Shown here: positions 49,101 to 60,638 of the stretch, piece after piece
How the letters are laid out: each line of letters begins with the position of its first letter
Position numbering within the stretch: position 1 is the first letter of the stretch
Virus record (IMG/VR): IMGVR_UViG_3300027973_000028
Coordinates: 1-64,000 of that record
Strand: one strand, 5' to 3'
Length of the DNA: 64,000 bases
Source of the DNA: a virus
Notes under the pieces: model-generated
What the model saw: the letters and a program-made list of their open reading frames with translations, nothing else
Databases searched by the model: none
Told to the model about the DNA's origin: nothing
Position numbers and translations under genes: made by a program

Positions 49101-51918
49101 CGGCGGTGGATGCAGCGGAGTCATACGAGGTGTTGATCGCTCCGCTATAGAATCCTCCGGCTTTTAAGACTGATTTAATATACTTTACGTACTCTCCGGT
49201 CGTTCCAATTGTCCAGGCACTGGATACGTTTCCGGCATCCATGTCCCAGGTATAATCAAAATTTCTCCAAACAAGATCAGAAGAATTAAATACAGAATCT
49301 CTTCCAGAAGTAAGGTTAACGCACGGGATATCATTTTGTGATTGACCAGGGATTGTACCCCCAGCATCTACAACAGTTGGTTGACCTTTTTGAATTATTG
49401 TATAATTTCTTACTACAGTTCCTACAGATCTTTTTAACTGTAATTGTCCTTCTCCCTGATAGTGTATTCTTATACTTGAAGAGTATGTTCCCTTAAAACT
49501 AAGTGGTTTATCTGTTGCTGTTTGGTATGAATAGGCTGTTTCTAATTCAAATGGGTAGGCAATAAAATAATTTGTTGGATCAATATTATTATTAAGTAGT
49601 TTTGAATTTGAACTTTTTAGGCTAGGAATTTCCTTGACAACATACGGCCCAAATCCATCTGGTATATTTATAATTGGAGATACAGTATCTGTATAAGCTT
49701 GAACAAAATTGCTTGAAGATGGAATAGAAAATAAACTATAAGAACTTGCTATGTTTTCCTCTATCGAAGATGCGACCTGTGTTGCATTTGCTATTAATAC
49801 ATCTGGATTTGTTATCTCAATATAAAATTCTATAGAACTTAAATCAATAAAAGAAATTTTATCTTTTTGGTAGGTTGGAAGTGTTTCTTTTAACGAACGC
49901 AAATAGTATTCACCGATATTAAGCGGTGATGGGATAATACTTCTTGCATATCTGGTTTCATTTGAGCCAACAGTAACATTTACAAATAATTGTTCTTTTT
50001 CTTCTGTCAAAAGGGCATCTTGATTCATCGCCCAAGACGAATTCCATTCTCCAACAAAGTTAAATAAAGAAGATCTTGTATCTATTACCCTCGATGCATA
50101 TGATCTTGAATAGAGGGCATATGAAACTGAGTTATATAAAAACTTAAACGGACCTTCTACCACTGCTGAAATTAAACTTGTATTATTTTCTTCAAAAACA
50201 GATTGTTCATTATTTAATTTTAGAACAGCAGATTTTGAGGCTATGCTATAGATTGAATTACAATATTCTAAAAAAGAAAAAGAAGTAAATATTATATTTC
50301 CCTGTGCTACGGCGTCGCCAATTGTTGGAAACTCAAATAGTGCGCCGACGGAGGAATTTGAAGATGAACTAATGCCTATGTTTAAAAAGCTTTTAGAAGA
50401 ATTAACTCCAGATATTGTTCTATATGAACCCTTTTTTAGCCCAAAGATTCCATAATCTTCGTTTTCAAATATGGTAGAATCTATATTCCATCCACCATTT
50501 TTTGTTTCGTCAAGTATTTTTGAGGTTGTTACATATTGATAGTAAGTTGGGACAACTGTTGCATTAAATGCATTTATCTTTATTTCTGAATGTATGAATG
50601 GTTCCTCTGAAGGGTACAGTGACCCATCGACCAATAATGTTCCATTGTGTATTTTTACATAATTATTTATTAATATATTAGCTTTTTCAGAGATTTTTTT
50701 TGTTGGACAAAATGTAAGTATATCAAAATCTTTTAATGAATCAATAGACTGAATATCAATCATCCAGTAATTTGCTTTAGTTTTATCTAAGCTGTTCGCT
50801 GCTTCACTTATTGGATTTTTAAATGTAAATTTAGAAAAGTTAAATGGAGATTTTTCAAGTCTATAGAATACATATGGTTTAATAATTTCTAAAGATTGGG
50901 TATCAAAAGAATCATATAAGACACCAACGTTTACTGTTTTTTGTTTTATACCAGTAGTTGTTTCTAAGTCAGAAAAGTAATCGATTAGCTCTAGGTTAAC
51001 TGACTGTTTAGACCTAGCTATTAGTCTCCAGTTAAATACTTCATAAGTTCTATTATCTGCTATTGCTCTTTTAGGAACAAAAACCTGATATCCAGTTGAA
51101 TTAATATTAACATTAAATATATCTGAATATTTTTTATTAAACTTTTTTACAGAAAATACTTTTTTATTATAATTATTATCTACAACAAAAGTTTCTTCTG
51201 GTATTTGTTTAAAGTATTGAACAGTATTAATTGATTCTGAGTATCTTAAGTACTGTGAAGTCGCTTTTCCATTTGAACCGCATTCAATTTTATCGTAAAT
51301 TAATTTAAGATTAATTGGATCAGAAGAATCTAAGCCTATAATTATCTTGTATGGAATTTCCGTATCTTGATAATTATCTTCCGTTATAAATGGTTCAAGT
51401 AATATTTTATATTTTTTTCTACCAGTATTTATATCTACGTGATCTTGATTTTGTGAATTCAAAACTTTGATATTCAATGACGCATATAGGGATTGTGGTA
51501 TATATTCTGATAGACCATACGTGCTGTGGTTTACTGGAGCAGATATAAAAAATCTACTTACATAATAATAATGAAAAAATTCATCAGAATTTATTTCTGA
51601 AACTTTTAAGATTTCAGTTTGATAATCCTTTAGCAGAAAAGAATCACTTATTGATATGTCTTGGCTTGGGAATATTGTATTTCCTGTTTCATCTTCTAAG
51701 ACGCCAAGCTCATTTGCATAATAAGTTTTTACTCCTCTGTCTAAAAATATTTTATTTTCAGGTATAGAATTTGATATGTCTATAACAGTTAAATTATTTT
51801 TAGGAGATAATTCTTCATTAACAAAATAAGCTATGTTTGCTGCGTCGTCGGGAACTGACGACCCAATTTTTATTGCGTTTTCTTTTTCGCTAATTGTTAT
51901 ATTTTTAAATAGCTTCAT
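46150..51918 (-). CDS. large virion protein with an internal peptidoglycan-binding domain
   Basis: 1922 aa; YVKYIKSVLKAGGFY...TAVSAFQ...DGKVDSQT (PG-binding); C-terminal DTRLRGGG. Confidence 0.65.
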   Translation of the reverse strand: MKLFKNITISEKENAIKIGSSVPDDAANIAYFVNEELSPKNNLTVIDISNSIPENKIFLDRGVKTYYANELGVLEDETGNTIFPSQDISISDSFLLKDYQTEILKVSEINSDEFFHYYYVSRFFISAPVNHSTYGLSEYIPQSLYASLNIKVLNSQNQDHVDINTGRKKYKILLEPFITEDNYQDTEIPYKIIIGLDSSDPINLKLIYDKIECGSNGKATSQYLRYSESINTVQYFKQIPEETFVVDNNYNKKVFSVKKFNKKYSDIFNVNINSTGYQVFVPKRAIADNRTYEVFNWRLIARSKQSVNLELIDYFSDLETTTGIKQKTVNVGVLYDSFDTQSLEIIKPYVFYRLEKSPFNFSKFTFKNPISEAANSLDKTKANYWMIDIQSIDSLKDFDILTFCPTKKISEKANILINNYVKIHNGTLLVDGSLYPSEEPFIHSEIKINAFNATVVPTYYQYVTTSKILDETKNGGWNIDSTIFENEDYGIFGLKKGSYRTISGVNSSKSFLNIGISSSSNSSVGALFEFPTIGDAVAQGNIIFTSFSFLEYCNSIYSIASKSAVLKLNNEQSVFEENNTSLISAVVEGPFKFLYNSVSYALYSRSYASRVIDTRSSLFNFVGEWNSSWAMNQDALLTEEKEQLFVNVTVGSNETRYARSIIPSPLNIGEYYLRSLKETLPTYQKDKISFIDLSSIEFYIEITNPDVLIANATQVASSIEENIASSYSLFSIPSSSNFVQAYTDTVSPIINIPDGFGPYVVKEIPSLKSSNSKLLNNNIDPTNYFIAYPFELETAYSYQTATDKPLSFKGTYSSSIRIHYQGEGQLQLKRSVGTVVRNYTIIQKGQPTVVDAGGTIPGQSQNDIPCVNLTSGRDSVFNSSDLVWRNFDYTWDMDAGNVSSAWTIGTTGEYVKYIKSVLKAGGFYSGAINTSYDSAASTAVSAFQNRMETSGVRFDGIVDGKVDSQTKSLFVSAMSLGIINSVTAKNLCSSNGVSKYYDAALSQGDINEINSGGKYRRVSYSGGGIGTQVTRIQDVIFFTIPDGAETVKNIKINFGTLENWRNVTVVSYGFSPVNHAANNVSFANTINNSVYNGYTVNKKPDSSGNVILSMHDQPIGNCKYVYIYFRTNDTVINQSKYGNAEGYQIRSIRCDIVGNATTTAPVYGDPEEIEVPVSETYNAFPSLNKPEIEDIANYWTENNPNVYYDANTLKSNQSGYLIYTVDTEKYYSWNGSSWSEVSFSENTEKNIRTDTKVITKTVDAYVTATTAEKFSDLSALKNHTVKYDTNTVKTIPLTFGSLVYSYLNKSYTESLSSSIKLSTANFTASSGVVFDFTKQLYVDLNGSNSVSLTSLVSETGSNVSSPSSVLSINYLETNPSSGNATRLTIETSATYYSGSSVISTPLKYINQYLMKNLNNVIVPKKESITTLDGTLLLCNEFGKPVGIPSGSEISSYFGSTATEQEKDARLGFVYVKNRIPEQDGFIYGFYDFAQKEFLGDTVSYVDMIVRGINNIFLAVVAYDSDGNTQNIIDYIGPKVSTTFIPTNIPIKKICPVYSVKYNSGTAIKIGNMDSYVDKKQAWPLIITSGSFTKSINISDISIYEDWKSNYINQTLIATYDTTSAKGVNWSNIFGRGYYDVKNEKPILVSDKQIKLRQTPLVVWPEPTNYKNSVAPLFKPQIEIYTKETSSSEWEKLSLSEVRDYNCSSGLIEFNNRIIPSDENLIKVNYVIKNSDLMIYQSNGETVPLNPFLNSKNIKFNKPLYIYVLPIKINKLSTNSADAAEYVPLQDYVPSYPYNFTYNSEIFNEYSPKHDPFALPIGIIYFTNNPNKKQTEIYDTRLRGGGIAAEHQFVQIDSEIDNLLSNWDVYPIHGCSYPRGGFVVIRIPDEVKNNFENIEEIYDIIRRNLTAGISFQIQNLDGEIWEI

Positions 51919-54900
51919 TTAGCTATCCTCGTAATCTGAATTTAAGTCTTGATATTCTGAAATAATATTTGGTGTTGATCCAAAAAAACCCATCTGATAC
52001 TGATCATATCTACTTATCGGGAACCATCTCGGTGGCAGCCAATTAACAGTCGAAGCTGACTCATTATCAAATTCCATATTATAATGCTGATAAGTAAAAC
52101 CTGGACTATCTATAATCTCTGAACCAGAGCTAGGTATTGCCGTATAAGATCCCGGAAGAGGAACTAGTTCATTTGAATAATGTAAATTATCATAATTCTC
52201 ATACCAATAAACTATGTCACCGTATATAGTAACGGGTGTTGATGATGGCGTAGATGCTAATTCAGTTTCCATAGAAACAAACCAGTAACCTGGCTTTGTT
52301 CTATCTTGGGCATAAAACGGACCAATATTAAAATTACCGTATTTATCTGCGTATACCATGCCCGCAGTTCCATATCTACCTGGAGTACTTGAACTTATGG
52401 AGTAATCGACCTCCTCTAGCGAAGAGTAGGCTGTTCTTGCCTTTTTCCAATAAATTGCTGGAGTGCTTGACGGAGGGACATTGCCCTGTCTCACATACCC
52501 CTTGATATATATATCCCCAAGCCCATCAGCCTTAATGTTCATCTTGTCGGGGGCTGCTTTAAAATCATATGTATAAATATTGCTAAGAGCAAGATCAATT
52601 AAGTATGAGTCTTGAAATGCTCCTGCGTTGCTGTTTTCGTGCGCATTAGGAGTTGGATAGGAAATGCCAGAAATATATACTTGTATTTGAGTTTTTACTG
52701 CTGGAGCGGGGCCGGAATATTTGAAGCTTGTAGTTACAAAACCATTTTGGTTAGTTGTTACATACTGGTTTTCTGCTGTTATTTCATCACCATAAATTCT
52801 AAATGTTTGATATGGTTTTGGATTTCCATTTATATCATAGGAAACAATAGAAATATATATAATATCATCTGATGTATCAAATATTTTTTGTGGAGATATC
52901 CATACTCCAGCTGTATCAAAATCATAATCATAATCAGATACAAAAACAAATCCTTCATCTATAGGATTATTCAAGGAATTTAAATAAAGACCAGAAGGAG
53001 TACTAGACTTATACTTCGAACCCTCATATGTCACGCTGTACAGCGAAGTTAATTGTGGTGTTGATGAAAAATATATTTTTCCAAAATAATCATCTAAATT
53101 AGAATCATAATAATTTTTATCAATATAATAAGAATTATTAACCGTATAGGTAACCAAATATTCTCTACCTGGTATTATTCTACTTTCATAAGTTTCACTA
53201 TCTAGTATGGCAAATTCATTTTGATTCAAAACATATACTTGATCTCCACTTTGAATAAAAGTAGAATTAAATATATAATATTCTGTTTCATCGTCTTCAC
53301 CTATTATATAATTGCCATTTTGATCTACTGAAGTCCATATATAATATTCTGGATTCAAATTAGATTGCACTAATACATTTCCGGTATAAGTATCTTGAAG
53401 TGTAATATTAGAAATATTTGGATATGCTAAATACAGTACAGCGTTATTGGATCCAATAATTATTTCTTCATTGTAAAATGTTAAATCTCCAGGAGTAGCT
53501 GAATCAGAAAAAAGTAGTTCATCGTATTGTACTGTTGCCCCATCATTATATACGTTAACTATAACTGGAGCACCCTGTCTTGGTATATCTGTTAATTGCA
53601 ATTCAAAAAAATTACCAATGTAAGCCTCTATAATTGGAGCTGAATATATATAATATTCATTATCTGGTAAGTCTAACCACCCAACATTTATATCTGGTTG
53701 TTTTGTATCTAAAAGGCTTATATTTTTATTATCATAATAATCTGCATAGTGTGCATTTACTTTTATTTCACTATATTCATACAGTTGAGTATCTGGATTA
53801 TATATTTCTTGTATAAAATTTACAGCAGAGTCGGGGGCAAAACCGCTTGAACTAACTTGTTTATTGGGTATGGAAAGAAGAACATCTTCACCCGAGCTTA
53901 CCGCATCTATTGAGGTTATTATATAATTTTCGTTATCCTCTGAGCCTAAACCAAAAGATTGTCTAGATAAACTACATGTTGAAACGAATGAATCAATCTG
54001 ACTAGAATTTATTGATCTACCAGAATCTTCTATCGTTTCACCAACCTGATATGCGTTTCCATATTTATCTAAATATCCATAAATCATCGGCGTACTTGAA
54101 AGAGGTTCACTTAGCTGTGTCCAAACCGGTGATTTAAATGGATAGTATGGGGTTGCTGCTAACCCATTTGTTATAATCAGTGTTTCTGAACCAGTTTGAT
54201 AATTAATCGTTGCTGCTTGAAAATAGTTTGAAGAGACTGGAGAATATATATTTTCTTCTAAGTAATCAAAATTTTGATTATAAATATTTAGCACAATATT
54301 AGGAGACGCTGGCACAAAGTAATCTGTGTCGTCAATATGGTTATGGGAAATGCCACCATGTTTTGGATCTTTTAGATCAAGAGTTTGGACTGTATTGTAT
54401 AATGGTTCTGGATTTATTTTTTTGCTACTAAAATAAATATTTTGTGGAGTTGAACCAATCGGAAAAATTAAAGGTGCTTTTATTTCATCTTTTGTTATAA
54501 GCACATCATCTATTATTGATGGATCATTAAATGAATTAACAACCATCTTTCCCTCTATGATATCTGTTATCCCAGTTAAATTTTTTGTTCCGTATACAGT
54601 AGATCCTATTTTAAAATTTGAATTTATATAATTTATATTTGGAGTTGAAAGAGAAATATATGAACCAGCGGTTGGATTAACCCAATAGCCTCTTCCATCT
54701 TCATTAAATGCAATTCTATAACCAGCATATGAATTTGTTTGATAAGAATCTGTTGATTCATTCCATTTTGATTTTGCGACTATTCTAATTTGAGAAGCTT
54801 TAGAAACATCAATTGAATTAGTATTAGGCGTAGCTTGATTGTTTACGTATGAATAATCGTATGTCTTTTCTCTGAAAGAAAGATCCCCATTTGTTAGTCC

Positions 54901-56758
54901 ATCGGAATTGACAACTTGTATTAAATTATACTCAGGACTTGCATCGCTTGACTGTAGGTAGTAGTTCTTAACAAAAAAGTCATCCCTATCAAGATATGAC
55001 ATATTCGTATAAAATACTGACGGAGTCGCATATTGATTATGCGCCGGCATGTGTAGTTCATAGACCAGAGAAACGCCAGCATTGTAGGGGGTTGCTGAGT
55101 TTGGATTACTTACATCTGGATCAGGGACATTCAATAGGTAGTTTGCATAGTATTCAAAATCTATTTCTATTGGATTGTAATGATCGGTATATGACGAAAG
55201 TGTAAATCCATCTGCTTGAAAATAACCCTCAAAGGAAACTGTTGCGGCATTGTCGGATAGTATTAAAAGTTTACCGTCTTCAAAATCGCCAAATCCAGAT
55301 TGGAAATATTCTCCTAATGGCGTAGCAGTGTCGTATACAAAGGGAATGTGAGACATGCCCTCTCCAGATAACCCTGCATAGTCCCATATGGCCTCATCCC
55401 AATTGGCATATCCTAAATTTGATGGATATGTTTCATTTATATATCTAACAAAAGAATTAAAATCTTTTGTTGGATTTCCATCAAAAGAAAAATATGGAGT
55501 TGAGGATTCAATGTCGGTGATTTCTAATACTTCCGGTGTAGCTCCAAGATAGTCAGAATTTGGAGTAGCTCCATAAGCCCTCCAAATATCTAGTTCTCTT
55601 CTAAGTGTTAACTTTAATCCATTTAAATCTACTGAAGGTGGATTTTGATATACATCTAATATTCTTTTTTTATAATTAGAATTATTTTCTAGAAATAATC
55701 TTTTTAATGCTACTCTTGATCCAAACTCATCAAATATATTAAAATACAACATGGCATCTTGGTCATAGGTTTTGCTATCTATAGACAAATTATTAAATTT
55801 TTTAAGAGTTATTATTTGATTATCTATAAAATTATGATAATAAATATAATCTGTTATTCTTGATTCATAAAAATTTTCTAAAGAACTAGATCTTGCAAGT
55901 TCTATGCCATCTCCAGAAACGGAAAGAGCCGACGATGGCACTGAATAAGATACGTAAACCCAATCAGTAATATCTTCATCTGCACTTGATATAAAAGAAT
56001 TAATATCTTGTAGATTTAATTCTGATTCAAAGTCATCTAAGTATTCTCCAACTAAAGATGAAATAAATTTTCCACCAACGGACTGTGCAACCTTTAATGA
56101 TGGGGTAGCTCCTTCTATTGAGTCTTCGTAGAGTGCGGTCCATGTTGGAAATTTAGAAAGTATACTTCTAGCTGAATCTGATATAACAGGAGTTTCTATT
56201 TCATGTATTAATACATTAACGAAAAGCAATAGGCCAAGAGCGGTTACATCTTCTACTTCAGAAAATATTTCTAATTGTATTTTTATATATCTTTTTGAAT
56301 TAGATAAAAATATAGAAGAAGAATCTATCGTTATTTCTGATTTCATCCATGGACCAGACTCATCATCTGATTCATATACTAGAAAATTAAATGTTGGTGT
56401 TTCGCTTCCGTGTAAGATTTGTAAAAGCGTGCTTATAGGAAATAATATCAACTCTTGAAGTTGTATCTATAAACCTGATAATATCAGGAGAAGCTGATTC
56501 GTAAATTACTTCACCATAATTTGTTACATAAATTGCATTGGGGTCATGCGATTCTGGGGCTAAAACCGAAGTAGACGGTGAAGCTAATTCAGTTCCAACA
56601 AAAGTATAATCACCTACTAAATTTAAACCAGTAGAAGATCTTTTGTATGAGTAGTTTTTATAGAATTTGTTGTTGTATAAATAAATAGGATCAGTAGTCC
56701 AAATATTACCAACCTTGTTGAAGTCTCCACTGCGAAGACCCAAGAGATAATTTTTCAT
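51919..56758 (-). CDS. large acidic virion protein, requiring a +1 shift at CGG (56408-56410); ~1612 aa
   Basis: ATG at 56758 has a GAGGA SD and frame 0 stops at 56387; junction ACA-C-GGA-AGC joins the 1.5k-aa ORF. Confidence 0.75.
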
Positions 56759-56774
56759 TACTAATCCTCTTTAA

Positions 56775-58034
56775 TTAATCTAGCCAAATAGAGTACTCAG
56801 AAGTAATTCCATTTTCTGGGTGCACGAACATTAAATGCTGACAAGGTCTGCTCATAGACGAGAAGTATTCTTGAGCATAGGTGTTATAGCTTTCTGGGGA
56901 ACCAGATATTCTTAACATGGAGCTTCCTATTGTCATCTTAAATTGCTGATGATAATGGCCCATAAAAACATCATCAAAATGTTCAGGAATTGCTCCATCT
57001 TTCCATCCCATTATTTTTTTATAGTAACCATGGAAAGCATTTGGTGCAGGCATTTGATCGCCATGAATTAACAAGCTGCTGTAATTGCCGATTGTATCAA
57101 CGGCATACCAGTTTCTTTCTCCTACGCCATCTGGGATGTTAAAGGTTACTCTTTCGTCATCTCCAACAATCAACTCAATAATCTTATAGAGCATTCTATC
57201 CATGTTGGTTTCTGGATCGTGCTGTTTGCGTGCTCTTCCGCCTACCGCTCCATGGTTTCCTATCACGCCAGTAATGTGTACGTGATTAAAATTTTCCAAT
57301 GCGGTCTTAACAAAGTTCCCAAGTATTCTTGGACCATTAACGGCAACTTGTCTATACAGGCCAGAGTCTATAAGGTGGCTTTGCCCAGGAAAAATCTCTT
57401 CACCTTCGACTATATCGCCTAACAACCAAATATGAAGGTCATTTACTTCATGATCCATTCTTTGAATCTCTGTTATTTCTAACAGCTTTTCTGTATATCT
57501 TTCTATTCTTTCTTCTAATACATTAGTATTATAGTCAGGTGTTACCTTACCCATTTGCCAGTCTGCAAAGACTACTACTGCAGTTTCGGGAACTTTTTCT
57601 TTATTCTTCTTTAAAGAAGGAGCTTTAATTTCTGGGAACTCAAAGCCGGCAAAGGCGTCGTAAGCTGCAGCGTAGGCTGCTCTTACAACCTCATCTTGCA
57701 CATTCTTAAGAGTCTGTACTCTCTTAGCCAATCTTCTATTTTCTGATCTTAGAAATTCATTTCGTGAATCAGATACATCTGACACTGGATCAGTTGAGTC
57801 ATACTCTTTGTCTTCGTACATAGAAGGATCTTCTAAGGTAATGACAGAAGATTGAGTGTACATTGAATCTTTATCATTAATAAAATCAGTGATTTCATCA
57901 TCACTTATTTCAGCTGCATGCAGCGAATCACCCAATATATCGCCATTGCCGACACCCTCAAAAACAATACCCTTTGCTTGTCCAATGTTTGGAGCACGCA
58001 CTATATACTTATTTGTTATAACAAAATTTTTCAT
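56775..58034 (-). CDS. calcineurin-like metallophosphoesterase with an N-terminal extension
   Basis: ADWQMG, LGDIVEG, GNHG, IHGD and GHYH motifs. Confidence 0.85.
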   Translation of the reverse strand: MKNFVITNKYIVRAPNIGQAKGIVFEGVGNGDILGDSLHAAEISDDEITDFINDKDSMYTQSSVITLEDPSMYEDKEYDSTDPVSDVSDSRNEFLRSENRRLAKRVQTLKNVQDEVVRAAYAAAYDAFAGFEFPEIKAPSLKKNKEKVPETAVVVFADWQMGKVTPDYNTNVLEERIERYTEKLLEITEIQRMDHEVNDLHIWLLGDIVEGEEIFPGQSHLIDSGLYRQVAVNGPRILGNFVKTALENFNHVHITGVIGNHGAVGGRARKQHDPETNMDRMLYKIIELIVGDDERVTFNIPDGVGERNWYAVDTIGNYSSLLIHGDQMPAPNAFHGYYKKIMGWKDGAIPEHFDDVFMGHYHQQFKMTIGSSMLRISGSPESYNTYAQEYFSSMSRPCQHLMFVHPENGITSEYSIWLD

Positions 58035-58061
58035 ATATCAAAGACCTGTGACTTTTTGATG

Positions 58062-59231
58062 TTAATAATTTGATTGACCCATTATAACAGATAAAACACT
58101 AACACTTCCAGCTCCGGGGTAAACTTTATCGCTAGACGGAGTAAAATCTTTTATGGATATAGATTCACCATTTGCGCTTAAGGCGTTAATCGTGACATAC
58201 CTAACAAAGTCTGAAGAAAGTCTTACTTGTCTTTCTATTTCTCCAACAGAAACGGTATCTCCTATCGTAAGTGAATTTAAATATCTTTTTACAAAAAGAG
58301 CTGCTTGATTCTTTATTCCAGCTTCTATTGTGCCATTTGCGGCAGATGCTATTGTGATACTGACCTGAACATCTACCGGTATTTGTTCTGCTATTCTAAC
58401 ATTAAACCTTACCCCAGCTGGCTTAACCGATGCTATAGAGGAAAGTATTGTGTCTGGCATTCTTTTAATTCCAGACAATGATTCTGGGACTACAATAACA
58501 TCACAAGATCCTATGCCGTAAGAACTTTCTCTTATTCTAACATCTCTTACGCCCTTAACAGAAAGGGCGGCAAATCGTACTGACTCTGTTGTTCCTGCAG
58601 CTCGAGTTTTAATTGATGAAATTATTCTTCTTCTAAAGTTATCATCTGACTCAGAATTAATTGCTGAGTATATTTCCTTTGTGTTCATGCAATATGCAAC
58701 AACTCCTGGTGGAGCAATAAAGTTATGTTGAGTTATGGAGCCACTCGCAGCAACGTAGGTATTATCATCAAAATCTGGAACTGCCAAACCATAAGCCCTA
58801 GTTGTGCCGGCGGCTATTGTTATGTCGCCGTTTAGCTTAAATCTATACTGTCTTACTGCGTAGCTTTCTACGTTAGTATAAAGATAGGTGCCACCAGGAA
58901 TTATTATATTTTGGCTATATGGATTATCTATAAAAAATTCTATATTAAAAGACTGTCTTTCAAGTGCGGCGGCATCGGATATTTCTTTTCTTGAAACGCC
59001 GTATAGTTCACCAATTAAGTCAAGATTTCTCCCACTTGCGGTAGAAAGAGCACCCTGCCTAATGGTGAAGTTTAAGGATGAATATAGGTCTGCTATTTCT
59101 GTACTAAAAGCCTCAGCAAAAGCTCTAGCGATAGAGCCTGGATAGGCAGCTGAGATCCCTGCGTTACGCTCCATTGAATTCAGTACATTAACTAAAATGT
59201 CTGCTTTTTCTTTTTCTCCATATATCGGCAT
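58062..59231 (-). CDS. baseplate J-like protein
   Basis: ASGRNLDLIGELYGVSR...ESDDNFRRRI...AGT...VKPAGV. Confidence 0.88.
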   Translation of the reverse strand: MPIYGEKEKADILVNVLNSMERNAGISAAYPGSIARAFAEAFSTEIADLYSSLNFTIRQGALSTASGRNLDLIGELYGVSRKEISDAAALERQSFNIEFFIDNPYSQNIIIPGGTYLYTNVESYAVRQYRFKLNGDITIAAGTTRAYGLAVPDFDDNTYVAASGSITQHNFIAPPGVVAYCMNTKEIYSAINSESDDNFRRRIISSIKTRAAGTTESVRFAALSVKGVRDVRIRESSYGIGSCDVIVVPESLSGIKRMPDTILSSIASVKPAGVRFNVRIAEQIPVDVQVSITIASAANGTIEAGIKNQAALFVKRYLNSLTIGDTVSVGEIERQVRLSSDFVRYVTINALSANGESISIKDFTPSSDKVYPGAGSVSVLSVIMGQSNY

Positions 59232-59612
59232 TTACGCTCCTAGGTTTTGAGTTACAGAAAGAACGATTGGGTCTGTTTTATCTGTTATCATATGAACATC
59301 AAATCTAATTGAGTCTGAACCGGTTGGAATTGCATCTATGACGATGCTTCTTCCCCTAAAGATATCTTCTCTTTCTAGGGCAGCCCTTATCAATCTCTTT
59401 CCCATTTCTCCGGTTTCCTTTGATTGTGGCATACCATATAGTACAGATAAATCAGTCCCTAAAGAAGGATAGATATAAAAATCTCCAGGTTCAGTCATAA
59501 GCCTTAGATAAACTTGCTGTATGTCGTCTTGGGCAGAGGATGATGTAATGGCTATATCTTTATTGCCATTGATTAATATATCGCCAGTCATAGTAAAGTA
59601 TAAATCAGACAT
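59232..59612 (-). CDS. baseplate wedge protein (gp25/W-like)
   Basis: QQVYLRLMTEPGDFYIYPSLGTDL; directly upstream of baseplate J. Confidence 0.8.
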   Translation of the reverse strand: MSDLYFTMTGDILINGNKDIAITSSSAQDDIQQVYLRLMTEPGDFYIYPSLGTDLSVLYGMPQSKETGEMGKRLIRAALEREDIFRGRSIVIDAIPTGSDSIRFDVHMITDKTDPIVLSVTQNLGA

Positions 59613-60246
59613 TCTTTATTTCATCCGCCTTGTTCTTTGCTTGCGCAAATGTATAACCTTCTTTAATTAGACCAACCATATACTCTATATAATCAGGAGT
59701 ATGTTCAGTTAATATGTTTTGTACTAATAAAATTTGATCCTCAGATAAACCTTCTGTAGGAATTCGAGAACTATAAACTTGAGTAATTTCTGGTTCTTTT
59801 GACGCAAAACCATAATCACTTTCTATAGTAATGGTTTTTTGTTTTTCTGATTCTTCTATATCCTTAAGTTTAGCCAAATAATGATGTGCGTCGTTTTGAG
59901 CATTATGTATTGACTTGTGGTCAATTTGGACTAATGTTGGCTGAGAATAATCAATAGCTGAATAATTAAAATTAAAATTATTCCATCTTAATTCATTTTC
60001 CGAACAAAAAAATCTAATTTTATCTGCAAATAAAGATATACTTCTGCTAGCTCCACTTATAACTATTCCTACTCCTGGGGATGCGAAAATCTCTATATCG
60101 CCGTCATCATTTAATCTAATAAATGAACTATTATCTGGATGGTTTAAACCAACTTCTCTTTTTGAAAATTCATTTCTTCTTTTTAATTCATCAGATATTG
60201 GAAAATTCTTTTCTGGCTCTATATCACTTGGATAGCTAATCGTCAT
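59605..60246 (-). CDS. baseplate-region hypothetical protein
   Basis: 213 aa; SSFIRLNDDGDIEI beta segment, as in spike-associated proteins. Confidence 0.5.
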   Translation of the reverse strand: MTISYPSDIEPEKNFPISDELKRRNEFSKREVGLNHPDNSSFIRLNDDGDIEIFASPGVGIVISGASRSISLFADKIRFFCSENELRWNNFNFNYSAIDYSQPTLVQIDHKSIHNAQNDAHHYLAKLKDIEESEKQKTITIESDYGFASKEPEITQVYSSRIPTEGLSEDQILLVQNILTEHTPDYIEYMVGLIKEGYTFAQAKNKADEIKNV

Positions 60247-60248
60247 TT

Positions 60249-60617
60249 TTACCTCGACATAAACTTCGGTACACCGGTATTCACCGTATAATTATACATG
60301 TAATTTGAATCTAATGTTCCCTCTTCAAAGAAGGTAATTATATAGGCGAATCTTTCATTGTCATCCCTAAAACCTACTAGACATCGTGCTCCCGGATTTG
60401 GGGAAACTGTTTGGATTCCTGGTATTGTAGGGCACGGGACTCCGGATATAATGTTGCCCATTTCTCCAGAGTATTGATCATCTATTATAACATCAGCTGA
60501 ATTTGTTACTGGATCAAATTTCATTATTACGCCAGGCCTTGTTTTTGCCTGACGCATTCTTGAGTTATCAATTTTAGATTGAATTTTATTATCAAATTTT
60601 GGATAATTTATTGCCAT
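60249..60617 (-). CDS. putative baseplate spike/gpV-like OB-fold protein
   Basis: RPGVIMKFDP...ADV...GVPCP...PNPGARCLVGF; genomic position. Confidence 0.55.
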   Translation of the reverse strand: MAINYPKFDNKIQSKIDNSRMRQAKTRPGVIMKFDPVTNSADVIIDDQYSGEMGNIISGVPCPTIPGIQTVSPNPGARCLVGFRDDNERFAYIITFFEEGTLDSNYMYNYTVNTGVPKFMSR

Positions 60618-60638
60618 TGTTTTTCCTTAGTTTTAATT

